Assembly (NCBI RefSeq): GCF_025370845.1
Contig: NZ_JAMXFF010000042.1
Direction: 5' to 3' (one strand)
Length of the DNA stretch: 64,000 bases
DNA from: Laspinema palackyanum D2a
GTDB taxonomy: Bacteria > Cyanobacteriota > Cyanobacteriia > Cyanobacteriales > Laspinemataceae
Both the position numbers and the translations under genes were made by a program. Positions 10,274 through 19,633 of this stretch are shown here, in pieces. Numbering within the stretch: position 1 is the first letter of the stretch; each line of letters begins with the position of its first letter. Under the pieces are notes generated by a model. The model was not told where the DNA came from. It made no database searches and worked only from the letters and a program-made list of their open reading frames with translations.

Positions 10274-11635
10274 CTAAACAGTCAAGTTCCTAACATAGTG
10301 TTGCATCACCGGGTCTAGGGTTAAAGCCGCAGATTTGTAGAGTAAATTTCGTTTTTTCAGGGATTGAATCGCCTTGAAAAAATCCGAATCTGATAAAAGT
10401 TCCGGGGGTTTCTGGCTAATCTCCACAGGTTGTTCCTGCTTGGCTAACCACCGGATGAGGACTTGTTCAGATTCACCGAGGCGTTGATAATGTTGTTTGA
10501 GACTCGGTTCTATATTTCCTAAATAGAGGGGAGGATAAGAGAGGAATGTTTCCACACTCCCGTCAAATAGCTCCAGGATAGCCGTAGCGATGATATTTAA
10601 CCATAAAGGGTTGCCATTATAAAGTTCAATCAGCCGGGACCATTGAGGTTGGTCCTGGAGTTTTTTAGCCGTGAGGAGTTGGCTGGCTGATTTCCCTAAA
10701 CCGGCAAGTTGGAGAGTTTTGCAGGAGCAGTCTTCCGCTTCTAGGGTAGCAACTTCTAGGGGTTGTTCCCAACTGAGGAGCAACAAACAACTGCCATGAG
10801 AAAATCGCCCCATTTCTTCGAGGAAACGACCATAGTTTTGGTATCCGGGGCAGTAATTTCCGACTAACTCCCCAGGGGTCAAGGTGTCTTGGAAATCGTC
10901 AAGGATGATTAAGCAGCGGTGGTTTCTGAGATAGTCTAAAAAAGAGTTACGAGAGTTTAAATAGGTGATGAGTGATTGATTTTGGATGGGGGAAGTTGGG
11001 GCGATAAATTCGATGATATGGCTTTGCAGAGCGTTGAGGGTGGGGAATTTGCGATGACTGCGCCACAGGATGCGATCGAAGTTGTCTTTAATCTCTTCTA
11101 CCAGTTGTCTAGCCAGGGCAGTTTTACCGATACCGGAGAGTCCAGTGAGGGTGATAATCCGGCTTTGTTCGGTCAGAATCCATTGTTTGAGAGTCGCCAG
11201 TTCGTCCGTGCGGTTGTAGAAGCGGAGATTATCAGGGGCTTGGCTGAGGTCGTGGCGAGGTTCTGGTTGGGTTTTGGGGGTGGAGGGCGATCGGTTTTTC
11301 TTTTTTTTGGAATTATTGTATGGTTCGCTACAGATATTTATGTTATTTCCAATATGCACCACATCATTGTAATAAGAAAAGACCCCATTTTCGATAAGGG
11401 AGCGAACATTCTTTTTTTTCACATCCTCTCCCAACAGATCCGACAGGAGTTTCCATAATTCCGATGCTGACTTCCGGACATGATCGTTGCTGCAATGGTA
11501 TTCCTCAGCGATCTCCTTATATTCCTTGTGTTCCCAGACCCCCTCCAAAATAGCCCGTTGCAGCGAGTCCAGATGCTTCCCTGTTCGGTCAAAAATCAAC
11601 TCATCGGTCCACTGCAAGGCTTCATGAATCTCCAT
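10274..11635 (-). CDS. STAND-class P-loop NTPase (NB-ARC/AAA-like) with an N-terminal HTH-like domain. No C-terminal repeat array.
   Basis: Walker A is ITLTGLSGIGKTALARQL and Walker B is CLIILDDFQD. The N-terminal DSLQRAILEGVWEHKEYKEIAEEYHCSNDHVRKSASELWKLLSDLLGE segment resembles the signature N-domain of cyanobacterial NB-ARC proteins. Start is placed at the internal ATG (MEIHEAL...); the longer ORF runs to 11725. Confidence 0.65.
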   Translation of the reverse strand: MEIHEALQWTDELIFDRTGKHLDSLQRAILEGVWEHKEYKEIAEEYHCSNDHVRKSASELWKLLSDLLGEDVKKKNVRSLIENGVFSYYNDVVHIGNNINICSEPYNNSKKKKNRSPSTPKTQPEPRHDLSQAPDNLRFYNRTDELATLKQWILTEQSRIITLTGLSGIGKTALARQLVEEIKDNFDRILWRSHRKFPTLNALQSHIIEFIAPTSPIQNQSLITYLNSRNSFLDYLRNHRCLIILDDFQDTLTPGELVGNYCPGYQNYGRFLEEMGRFSHGSCLLLLSWEQPLEVATLEAEDCSCKTLQLAGLGKSASQLLTAKKLQDQPQWSRLIELYNGNPLWLNIIATAILELFDGSVETFLSYPPLYLGNIEPSLKQHYQRLGESEQVLIRWLAKQEQPVEISQKPPELLSDSDFFKAIQSLKKRNLLYKSAALTLDPVMQHYVRNLTV

Positions 11636-11859
11636 AGCTCCTCTATTGGCTCCTAGTCTTGGGTACTTTAACCCCCTATTATCCCACGTTTTCCCCCTTC
11701 TGGCAACAAAATCCCACCTTTTCACCTTTCTTTACGTTTAAAATTTTGATAAATTCCCCCTTAAATCCCCTTTTTAGGAGGTTGAAAGATATGATAAAAT
11801 CTGATATCTTTAGCAAGATTAGTTAGTTAATTTATTAAGAAATTCTGGAGAAATTACTG

Positions 11860-12660
11860 ATGTACCAAGAGCAATTGAGTAGCTCCAAGCCCGGATTGAT
11901 TATCATCATGCTCGACCAATCTGGTTCGATGTCTGATCCATATGCGGGTTCTACTAAAGCAAATTTTGCTGCATTGGCAGTCAACCGTGTTATTGCTGAA
12001 ATTATTACCGCTTGTACTATTGGCGATGAAATTCGAGACAGATGTTATGTTGCCGTAATTGGCTATAGTGGTAGTGTCGATGTAATGTTTTTGGATAAAG
12101 TTTCTGATTTAGCTAATAATCCCAACACTACAACTGTTAAGAAACAAGTGTCTGATGGTGCAGGTGGCTTGGTTACAGTTGATGAAATTGTACGGGTCTT
12201 CGTCAACGATAAAGCCTGCGGGGGAACAGCCATGACAGAAGCTTTCCAACAAGCTTACAAAGGTGCTGATAAGTTTATTTCTAATAATCCAAGCAGTTTT
12301 CCTCCGATTGTTATCAACATTACTGACGGTGAACCCAATAATATTAACACCGCAGCAACTGAAGCCAACAAGCTTGCCCAACTTAAAACATCTGATGGAA
12401 ATGTAATCGTCATGAATGCCCACATTTCCACAACATCTGCTGGGAAAATAGAGTTGCCAAGCAATAACGCTGGATTTAGTGGCAATAAATTTGCCAACTT
12501 TCTGTTTGACATTTCAACTGTATTGCCTGATACCCTTGCTAACAGAGCCAAAGAAGTTGGGTTCAATGTTGAATCGGGTTCTAGAGGATTCGTATTCAAC
12601 GCTGATGCTGAAACACTGATCCGAATTCTCAACTTTGGCTCATTAGGTGCGTTACGCTAA
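11860..12660 (+). CDS. von Willebrand factor A domain protein, TerY-like
   Basis: MIDAS motif IIIMLDQSGSMSD, then ...TAMTEAF... and ITDGEPNN, in a ~260-aa stand-alone vWA protein. Confidence 0.75.
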   Translation: MYQEQLSSSKPGLIIIMLDQSGSMSDPYAGSTKANFAALAVNRVIAEIITACTIGDEIRDRCYVAVIGYSGSVDVMFLDKVSDLANNPNTTTVKKQVSDGAGGLVTVDEIVRVFVNDKACGGTAMTEAFQQAYKGADKFISNNPSSFPPIVINITDGEPNNINTAATEANKLAQLKTSDGNVIVMNAHISTTSAGKIELPSNNAGFSGNKFANFLFDISTVLPDTLANRAKEVGFNVESGSRGFVFNADAETLIRILNFGSLGALR

Positions 12661-12693
12661 AGCTCTTTGTCAATATCTAGGAGTTAACACACT

Positions 12694-14166
12694 ATGCCAG
12701 TTAATCATTTATTTAGTGGTCGTACTCCCAAAGAGAGCGAAACCATCACAGACTGCCAAGATTATTTTGAAATCAATGAAGCAAGAGGATGTTTCGCGAT
12801 CGCTGACGGCGCGAGCCAGTCGTTTTATCCGGCTATTTGGGCAAAATTGCTCGTACAGCACTTTTGTGAGTATCCTGAAATTAGTGACTCAAATTGGAAA
12901 AACTGGCTTGAGCCTATCCAAGCACAGTGGCTTGTTGAAGTAAGGAAACGAGTAGAAACGGCTAAATTACAAGGTAAGCCGACTTGGATTGAAGGCTACA
13001 ATGGCTTAAATGCAAAGAGGTCGGCAACTTCTACATTTATAGGTTTAAGATTTAGCGAAGATAAAATCAAAGCTTGTGTTGTCGGAGATAGTTGTTTATT
13101 TGTTCTGACAAATAAACAACTCAAATCATATCCATTGAAACGCTCAGAAGATTTTAATGATCGTCCGGAGTATTTTGCAACTTACCCCAAGGACAACCAT
13201 TTTAAGCCTCATTTTTTTGATATCAACTTGGAGCAATCTGATAATAGCCATATTATTCTTGCAACAGATGCTCTTTCAGAATATATCCTAAAATGCCATG
13301 AACATGAGCAAAACATAAATATTTTCGACACTTTACTAAATATAGTATCCCCACAAGAGCTGGAAAAATTTGTGGCATCTGCAAGACATAAAGCTATAAA
13401 AATGAAAAATGATGATGTTACATTATTAATTCTTAGATATAATTTTGCATCATCCTACAATTCACCTAAAACATCCAGTCTTTTCGTCCAAAATGAATCT
13501 AAATCATCAATTATTCCGCAGGATTTTCATCACCCTGAAACATCCGAAAAAATAAACCATACACAAGATCCAAACTTCAATTTAAGTTCTGTTAAACATT
13601 CTATCCCCCCGACGACGAGTCAAAAAATAGAAGAGTGTACATCTTATTCCAGCAAAAATCACTCAAAAACAATAAATCATTTAAAGCAGCAGAGAGCTTG
13701 TTTAATTTTATTGGCGGTAGGCTTACCTCTTTTATCCTTTTGGATAGGTAGACTTAGCAGCAACCCACATCAACCAACAACACAAACAATAGATAATTCT
13801 AATTTAAGCCCCCGCTATATTAAACTTGAAGTAACATCAAAAATTTATGCCGATCAACAACTCACAGAACCTCTCATAATGTCATTGTCTAATTTATCTG
13901 AAGGGTTAATTCTTGAAGAGGGGGATAGATGGATTAAATTTCAATTAGACCTATATGCAGCATATCACACTACTATAAATCCCTGTCCTAGCTGTTCTGG
14001 GGATGAACTTGAAATACGGTCCGCCCAAAATATTCAATTGTTTCCTAGTGAAAGTCCTGGAGATATTTTTGGAGAATTGAGCAAAAATACAAAATTTAAA
14101 AAATTACAGTTTAACTCAATCCCCAATTGGCATAAATTTAGATTTGTGGGGTATATCGCCCAATGA
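12694..14166 (+). CDS. PP2C-family Ser/Thr phosphatase with a low-complexity linker, one predicted TM helix and a C-terminal extracytoplasmic region
   Basis: CFAIADGASQS, CVVGDSCLFVL, ILATDALSEYI and DDVTLLILRY map onto the PP2C/SpoIIE motifs. A hydrophobic helix (ACLILLAVGLPLLSFWIGRL) sits around residue 340. Confidence 0.6.
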   Translation: MPVNHLFSGRTPKESETITDCQDYFEINEARGCFAIADGASQSFYPAIWAKLLVQHFCEYPEISDSNWKNWLEPIQAQWLVEVRKRVETAKLQGKPTWIEGYNGLNAKRSATSTFIGLRFSEDKIKACVVGDSCLFVLTNKQLKSYPLKRSEDFNDRPEYFATYPKDNHFKPHFFDINLEQSDNSHIILATDALSEYILKCHEHEQNINIFDTLLNIVSPQELEKFVASARHKAIKMKNDDVTLLILRYNFASSYNSPKTSSLFVQNESKSSIIPQDFHHPETSEKINHTQDPNFNLSSVKHSIPPTTSQKIEECTSYSSKNHSKTINHLKQQRACLILLAVGLPLLSFWIGRLSSNPHQPTTQTIDNSNLSPRYIKLEVTSKIYADQQLTEPLIMSLSNLSEGLILEEGDRWIKFQLDLYAAYHTTINPCPSCSGDELEIRSAQNIQLFPSESPGDIFGELSKNTKFKKLQFNSIPNWHKFRFVGYIAQ

Positions 14167-15446
14167 AGTACCCACTTAGGGGTGAGTATGACACCGCTGT
14201 CAGAAACCTTGATAAATTCGTGTTTGATAAAGTATTAAAGCACGGAAAGCCCGTGATGCAAGCTAATAATCCTCATCTATTACGTTCATATAATGGGGGA
14301 AAAGCTATTGTTTATGAAATAGAAACTAATCCCCACAAATTTGCCCTCAAATGTTGGATAGAAGATTTGGGAGATCTTAAAATTCGCTACAAGGCAATAG
14401 ATGAGTATCTTCACCAAGTTAAGTTACCTTATTTTGTTGATTTTTCTTATAAAGAGCAAGGGATTTTAGTCAACGGCCAAAGATTTCCTACGGTCAGAAT
14501 GGAATGGGTTAAGGGTATAAGCTTTAAAAAATTTATATCTAATAATCTTAATAACTCTGGCTGTATTCGTGACTGTGCTGATAAATTTTTGATTATGGTA
14601 AATTCGTTGCATAAAAATAAAATTTCTCATGGAGATTTGCAGCATGGCAACATTATGGTGCGAAACACTGGAGAGATATGTTTAATTGACTATGATAGTT
14701 TGTATATTCCTGCGTTAAGTAATGAAGAAGATAGAATTAAGGGCTTAGATGGCTATCAACACAGGAATAGAAGTAAATTAGTCAAACTTAGCCCAAAATC
14801 TGACTATTTTTCAGAACTTATTATTTACTTATCATTGCTGGTGATTTCAGAGAAACCAAGCTTGTGGAAAAGTATAGAGAAAGAAGAAAGATTACTTTTT
14901 TCTAAAGCAGATTTAATTAATCCGCGCTCATCTCCTATGTTTGCGGAGCTTACTAAAGCCACACAATTTTCCCCTGAAGTTATTTATTTTACACTAGAGC
15001 TAGAGAAATTTTGCCAGCAACCAGATATTCATTCGCTTCAACCGCTTGAATATTTGGTTAATGCCTACGGAGGTTCTAAAGTTTCTTTGGATTTTTCTAG
15101 TGCAAAAATCAACTTATCTGCTCCAGCCCAAACACCAACTGTAACTAACTCAAATAACTCGACTTGGGATGTTTTTCTAAAACCTACGTCTAAACCTAAA
15201 ACAAAGGTATCTGCTTCAGATCCGTGGAGCAAACTTGGCACTGGTTCATCGAATTCGTGGGATAAATTTGATAACTTTCAACCACCTGAGAAGGGCACTT
15301 GGAATAAATTCCAGAATCCTCCGCCCCCTGAGTCAACAGGACCAGTTGTTGATCAAAACATTTGGAACAAGTTTGACAAAATTTGGAATAAGTTACGAAC
15401 AGCGGTTTCATCCATTTGGAATAAGCTTTCAAGATGGTTAAATTGA
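14163..15446 (+). CDS. Atypical Ser/Thr protein-kinase-like protein with C-terminal W-x-K-F repeat tail. Overlaps the PP2C gene by 4 bp.
   Basis: HGDLQHGNIMVRNTGEICLIDYDSLYIP matches the kinase catalytic loop plus a DFG-equivalent. The C-terminus carries at least six [ST]W[ND]KF-like repeats. Confidence 0.55.
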   Translation: MKYPLRGEYDTAVRNLDKFVFDKVLKHGKPVMQANNPHLLRSYNGGKAIVYEIETNPHKFALKCWIEDLGDLKIRYKAIDEYLHQVKLPYFVDFSYKEQGILVNGQRFPTVRMEWVKGISFKKFISNNLNNSGCIRDCADKFLIMVNSLHKNKISHGDLQHGNIMVRNTGEICLIDYDSLYIPALSNEEDRIKGLDGYQHRNRSKLVKLSPKSDYFSELIIYLSLLVISEKPSLWKSIEKEERLLFSKADLINPRSSPMFAELTKATQFSPEVIYFTLELEKFCQQPDIHSLQPLEYLVNAYGGSKVSLDFSSAKINLSAPAQTPTVTNSNNSTWDVFLKPTSKPKTKVSASDPWSKLGTGSSNSWDKFDNFQPPEKGTWNKFQNPPPPESTGPVVDQNIWNKFDKIWNKLRTAVSSIWNKLSRWLN

Positions 15447-15657
15447 TTGCCTTGACTTAACAAACTATCCCAGCCCTACTTCATAGCAAAACTTTAGAAA
15501 CGATTCAGATTCTGTATGCAGGAACAAGGGATAAAATTGCATCTCCATTAGTTTAGGCTTTGGCTATTAAAATCAGCCTAGCTGTAGGTTGGGTTGAGTT
15601 GCAGAAACCCAACCTACACAAGCATTTGCCTGTCTAACAACTCAGGGCAGCCGATGA

Positions 15658-15912
15658 TCAATCGATTCCCGGCAAGACGCTTTCCTTTAAGGTTTTGAGG
15701 TCTTCCTGAAACTCATCAATATCATAGTGGACGCAAATACCTCGCTCAGAAATCAGTTTTTGAAACTGCATCCGATGCAGACCCAATAGCTCACTAGCTT
15801 TCCCTAAACTAATTTTATCTTGCTGAAACAACATCAGCACAATTTCCAACAATAGCTCATTTTCCGAAAAGCCACTCGCTTTTACTAGGTCATCGGAAAT
15901 CACTAAACTCAT
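15658..15912 (-). CDS. UPF0175-family putative antitoxin (partner of DUF3368/PIN toxins). No partner is present.
   Basis: 84-aa protein ...LEIVLMLFQQDKISLGKASELLGLHRMQFQKLISERGICVHYDIDEFQEDLKTL, the typical UPF0175 pattern. Confidence 0.5.
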   Translation of the reverse strand: MSLVISDDLVKASGFSENELLLEIVLMLFQQDKISLGKASELLGLHRMQFQKLISERGICVHYDIDEFQEDLKTLKESVLPGID

Positions 15913-15940
15913 GGGGAACTCTCCTGGGCTGAAATCTCCT

Positions 15941-16106
15941 GCTTCAATCTTAGCCGCCGGGGGAGCGATCGCCCTCCAATTGCCGATGCCATATCGCCTA
16001 CACTCAGAAACCTTCTCTGATGAGTGTCTGCATCTTCACCGAGGGCGATCGGCACTTCAAGCCTTGCGCTACAATAGTTGGAAACCCTACCCACTTTTTT
16101 AAATCC
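15941..16106 (+). repeat. About 165-bp leader sequence, copy 1, immediately upstream of CDS 16107. It is about 90% identical to 20488..20655.
   Basis: Direct alignment by eye, running from gagcgatcgccctccaattgccgatgccatatcgcctaca through ggaaaccctac. Confidence 0.8.
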
Positions 16107-16358
16107 ATGACACCCAACACTTCCCTAGAAGAACGCATGGCAGCAGTAGAAGCAGCCATTACTCAAATTCAACAAGAGATTGCCCATCCGAAATCGAGCA
16201 ACTGGTTACAGCAAATTAGCGGCTCTTTCAAGGATGAACCGGCTTTTGAAGAAATCCTCGCATTAGGGCAAGCTATTCGCAGAGGTGATGAGTCCGTATT
16301 AGACTCATCAGAAATGGACAATTTGAAGTGGGTTAATGCAGAAACCTGGTTTCTCTGA
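16107..16358 (+). CDS. Hypothetical small protein (83 aa)
   Basis: ORF beginning MTPNTSLEERMAAVEAAITQ... directly after the conserved leader. A truncated paralogous start follows leader copy 2. Confidence 0.4.
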   Translation: MTPNTSLEERMAAVEAAITQIQQEIAHPKSSNWLQQISGSFKDEPAFEEILALGQAIRRGDESVLDSSEMDNLKWVNAETWFL

Positions 16359-17259
16359 TGGTTTCTGCATCCTCACAGAGATTTTGCCAGGAAATTGGTT
16401 TCTGAGGTACAATTGCTGTAAACCAAAAATCTCAACCCTGCTTGTCCAGACAATATCTATATGAACAGTCAAGAAATCACTGCCATATTTGATGGCCAAT
16501 CCTGGCAATTAGAATCGCCCTTAAACCTAGAAGTAGAAGAGTGAAAATTACTGTGAAACCCTATTCGACCCCAAAGACACCCCCAAGACATTTCTACAAA
16601 CAGCCCTGTCCTTACAGTTACAAGGCGAGCCAGATTGGTCAGAGAACATTGACCAGTATCTATATGGAACGAGAATTCCTCTCCACTATGGAAAAATAAA
16701 AATAAAAAAAAGCACAGAGCAATATCATGTCATCCCTCGCACCAAACCGCGCACCACAAAATTCTGAAAACGCCAAAACGCAAATTACGACCATAGAAGA
16801 AAAACAATGGGAGTTTGCCGAAATCTGGGTAGACCCTTGGCTTTCACCCCCTCATATTCTGATGTTAGTTAAAGAACAATCCGGTAAATTCTCAATTCAA
16901 AATCCCGCAGAAAACTATAAATCTATCTTTACCAGTGATACTTACGAAGAAAGTCAAATGTGGTTGCTGGAAGATAAATACGAACGAGTCACAGGCCGGT
17001 TTGGGCAACCGGAGTAAAAGCAAGGCGATCGCCTTTTGTTAGAGGGGTAGGTTGGGTTGAGGAAGGAAACCCAATGCCCACAAATATTTACCATAGAAAC
17101 TCAACCATTCCCTCCGGGATGTAAAAGCGATCGCGCCCATCCTCCAATGGTTGTAACATAGATATAGAAACCCGGTTTCTCCTGGGGATGCACTCTCTTA
17201 AGCGAGGTGTCACTAGAAACCCGGTTTCTCGGCATATACCGATCGCCTTTAATCTGCCA

Positions 17260-17404
17260 TTACAACCCCACCACTCGTGTTTCAGCTTGTCTGAAAGACT
17301 TGGGTTTTACTACGATTTCTACATCCCGACCCAACGCATTTAAAAAACGAAACAACCGAGTAGTGGAAAAAGCCGATAGCTTGCCATTCACTAATGCCGC
17401 CACT
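17260..17404 (-). pseudogene. 3' fragment of a higA-like HTH antitoxin gene, separated from its 5' part by the IS insertion
   Basis: The translation ...KVAALVNGKLSAFSTTRLFRFLNALGRDVEIVVKPK looks like a HigA-type (HTH/Xre) C-terminus, judged from recalled HigA sequences rather than an alignment. Removing the IS plus one TSD copy joins it in frame to the 5' part at 19448..19626. Confidence 0.55.
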
Positions 17405-17410
17405 TTAATC

Positions 17411-19447
17411 CTTACGGTTCGCTCATTTTTGACCCTACTCCCTGAGATGGGAAACCATAACAGAAGGCTCACCCGAAGTGGAAGGGGGTGGCCCCTCATC
17501 GTCGGCCAAGTTCGTATAAATCTTTAGGGGAATATTTAGACGAATTAAAATTTGTTGGTGAATGGGAGAAAATTTGGTAAGATAGCGATTGCCTCCAAGA
17601 GCTATTGGAACCGAAACCAAGCTAATTTCTTTAAAGGCTGCCAACAAGAGTTCGGAACTAGGTCTGGCAGTTTTCCGTTTGGGGTTGCCGGGGTAAATTC
17701 CTGAAATTTTTTCATCATTTTTACTCAAACTTCGGCGCATCTCAAATTCTAAAAGTGTTAAGAGGCGTAATCCAATGGATAGCAATCGGATGAGCCCGAT
17801 AATATGGTCTTCTCTTTGTAAATACATCGGAGTCAAAGATAAAGGGAATCCTTTCATTCTGCCGAACCCTTTTTCAACTAAATATTCATCCCGATAAACT
17901 AGGACTCCATCAGTGACTGACAACTGCTCGGATGGTGAATTAGTAGCATAAACTCTCCAAGAACAACTGGTGAGTTTTTGGGTTAAAGCCTCGGATAATA
18001 CCTGGACACTTAAAGTTACTAACTCTTCTTTAATGATTTGAGCCGGTTGACCTTTGTACGCCCTCCGTTGAGAGATTTTCCTCTCGGTCGCATACTCAAC
18101 GTTCAACAATCCCTCTACCTGATATTTTTCGATTATTCTTTCGACTTCGTTCTGGTAAGAGCTTAAACCAATCAACCGTTTTTTACCTTTTCTGGGTTGA
18201 TTTAATTGCTCCAGTTCTAGTTGAGCTTGTTGGACTCGCTCTTTTAACGAGTTTTGGGCCGCATTAGCTATCTTGATTGACCTGACTACTAGATGTCGTT
18301 CTTTCCAGTTGATTTTGTTTCCTTCAAACTCTGCCATCTGCTCGACTTCTATTTCAAAGGCTTCCGCTATTTTAGTCGGCTCACCCGAATCTAAATCTCT
18401 ATAAACCTCGGTTAATTCTTGAGCGGTCTGTTCTCGCTCCATTAAATAACTGGTGAGAACGGATTCAGGAATTTGAGTGGCACTCAAGGGAACTAGATAA
18501 TAATCTCCCTGTTCATGAATAAACCAGCGTGTTTGCATTGCCCCCATCTTACTGTCGCCTACATACAATAGTCCAGTTTTTTTCAGGGTTTCTCTGACTC
18601 GGGTAATGGCCGGACAATATAAAGGGTCGTCGGCTTTATTTCCCGCTACTATGTCCGTGGCCACTGGCATTCCCAAGGGGTCTAGGGTGGCCAGCATCAC
18701 TTTAATTTGAGCTAAATCGGGTCGATGATCTTTACTGTACCCGTATTGAAATAATCCTTGTTCATTCACGCCACAGTATGAAGATGCAGTGGTAGGATCT
18801 AGGCGGACTCTCTCGGCTTTTAAGTCATATGCTTGTATGAGGTTACCCCCCAGTTCTTGCTCAAACTTTTCCCAATGCAAGGAGTCACTTAGGTATCGCA
18901 ATACGGCTTGTAATCGGTCATCACTTAAATCTAAGGCTCTAATAGCAGTCCCGGTAGAAATACTTAACGTCTCTAACCGATTTTCTGCCCAAGACTGAAC
19001 ATGACTTAATCGATGGTCGGCCTGTGATAAAATGTAACTCAACCATACTACAGCTACCCATCCTAGACTTATTCCTTGCCAGTTCCCATGAGTCATGAAG
19101 TGTTTGTCTAGTAGCGGTTGGATTCCCATTCGCTCCAATACTGCTAGTAATACAGGGATGTCATCTACTCTTTCGACGTCGAATTCTTCGTTGTTGTTCA
19201 TCCCTATGTCCTGCCTACACTACAAAGGTTTGAGCTACAATACCCAGGCTCTTGAGGAGTCCTGATGTTAAGATAATCCTCTATTTTACACTAAAAGCTG
19301 GTCAACTCCATCTGGAGTTTTTAATACAAGTCTCTCTTCCTTTAACTTTCCTCCTATTTTTGAATGAACGCTCGGTTATTTTCTAGTCATAAGGAAAGGA
19401 TTAAATTGCCATCTTTTGTACTTCTTTAAAAATGAGCGAACCGTAAG
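17411..19447 (-). mobile_element. Insertion sequence, IS1634/IS4-family-like, about 2.04 kb. It has ~25-bp imperfect terminal inverted repeats and a 6-bp target site duplication, TTAATC.
   Basis: Left end cttacggttcgctcattttt (17411-17430). Right end aaaaatgagcgaaccgtaag (19428-19447) is its reverse complement. TTAATC flanks both ends (17405-17410 and 19448-19453). Confidence 0.75.
17435..19201 (-). CDS. DDE transposase (IS1634/IS4 family-like, 588 aa)
   Basis: Single long ORF filling the IS. Transposase-like length and composition. Family assignment is from memory of IS1634-type proteins and is tentative. Confidence 0.7.
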   Translation of the reverse strand: MNNNEEFDVERVDDIPVLLAVLERMGIQPLLDKHFMTHGNWQGISLGWVAVVWLSYILSQADHRLSHVQSWAENRLETLSISTGTAIRALDLSDDRLQAVLRYLSDSLHWEKFEQELGGNLIQAYDLKAERVRLDPTTASSYCGVNEQGLFQYGYSKDHRPDLAQIKVMLATLDPLGMPVATDIVAGNKADDPLYCPAITRVRETLKKTGLLYVGDSKMGAMQTRWFIHEQGDYYLVPLSATQIPESVLTSYLMEREQTAQELTEVYRDLDSGEPTKIAEAFEIEVEQMAEFEGNKINWKERHLVVRSIKIANAAQNSLKERVQQAQLELEQLNQPRKGKKRLIGLSSYQNEVERIIEKYQVEGLLNVEYATERKISQRRAYKGQPAQIIKEELVTLSVQVLSEALTQKLTSCSWRVYATNSPSEQLSVTDGVLVYRDEYLVEKGFGRMKGFPLSLTPMYLQREDHIIGLIRLLSIGLRLLTLLEFEMRRSLSKNDEKISGIYPGNPKRKTARPSSELLLAAFKEISLVSVPIALGGNRYLTKFSPIHQQILIRLNIPLKIYTNLADDEGPPPSTSGEPSVMVSHLRE

Positions 19448-19626
19448 TTAATCTGTTCAATTCCTAACATTTCTGCCGCCTCAGTTTGAGTCATATTTTG
19501 GGCGGCGATAATACCGCTAATTCTCCTGGCAAGTTCTGCCTTGACCAGTAATTCATCAGAATTTTCTAACTCTAAATCTGCGAATACATTGCCACTCCCT
19601 GCTTGTACTTTAATCGGGTGATTCAT
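19448..19626 (-). pseudogene. 5' fragment of the higA-like HTH antitoxin gene interrupted by the IS. The ORF reads on into the IS inverted repeat to a stop at 19426.
   Basis: MNHPIKVQAGSGNVFADLELEN...MTQTEAAEMLGIEQI has an HTH_XRE-like helix. The last residues (NLRFAHF) are encoded by IS terminal sequence. Confidence 0.6.
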
Positions 19627-19633
19627 ATTTTTA

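Noticed and set aside
10976-12632. ORFs 10976..11458 (+), 12109..12423 (-) and 12255..12632 (-)
   Set aside because: They are antisense or overlapping frames inside the STAND NTPase and vWA genes, which have clear catalytic motifs on the other strand.
17207-17527. ORF 17207..17527 (+), 106 aa
   Set aside because: It spans the IS left inverted repeat and junction. The opposite strand here encodes the HigA-like C-terminal fragment and the transposase end. The ORF is likely spurious.
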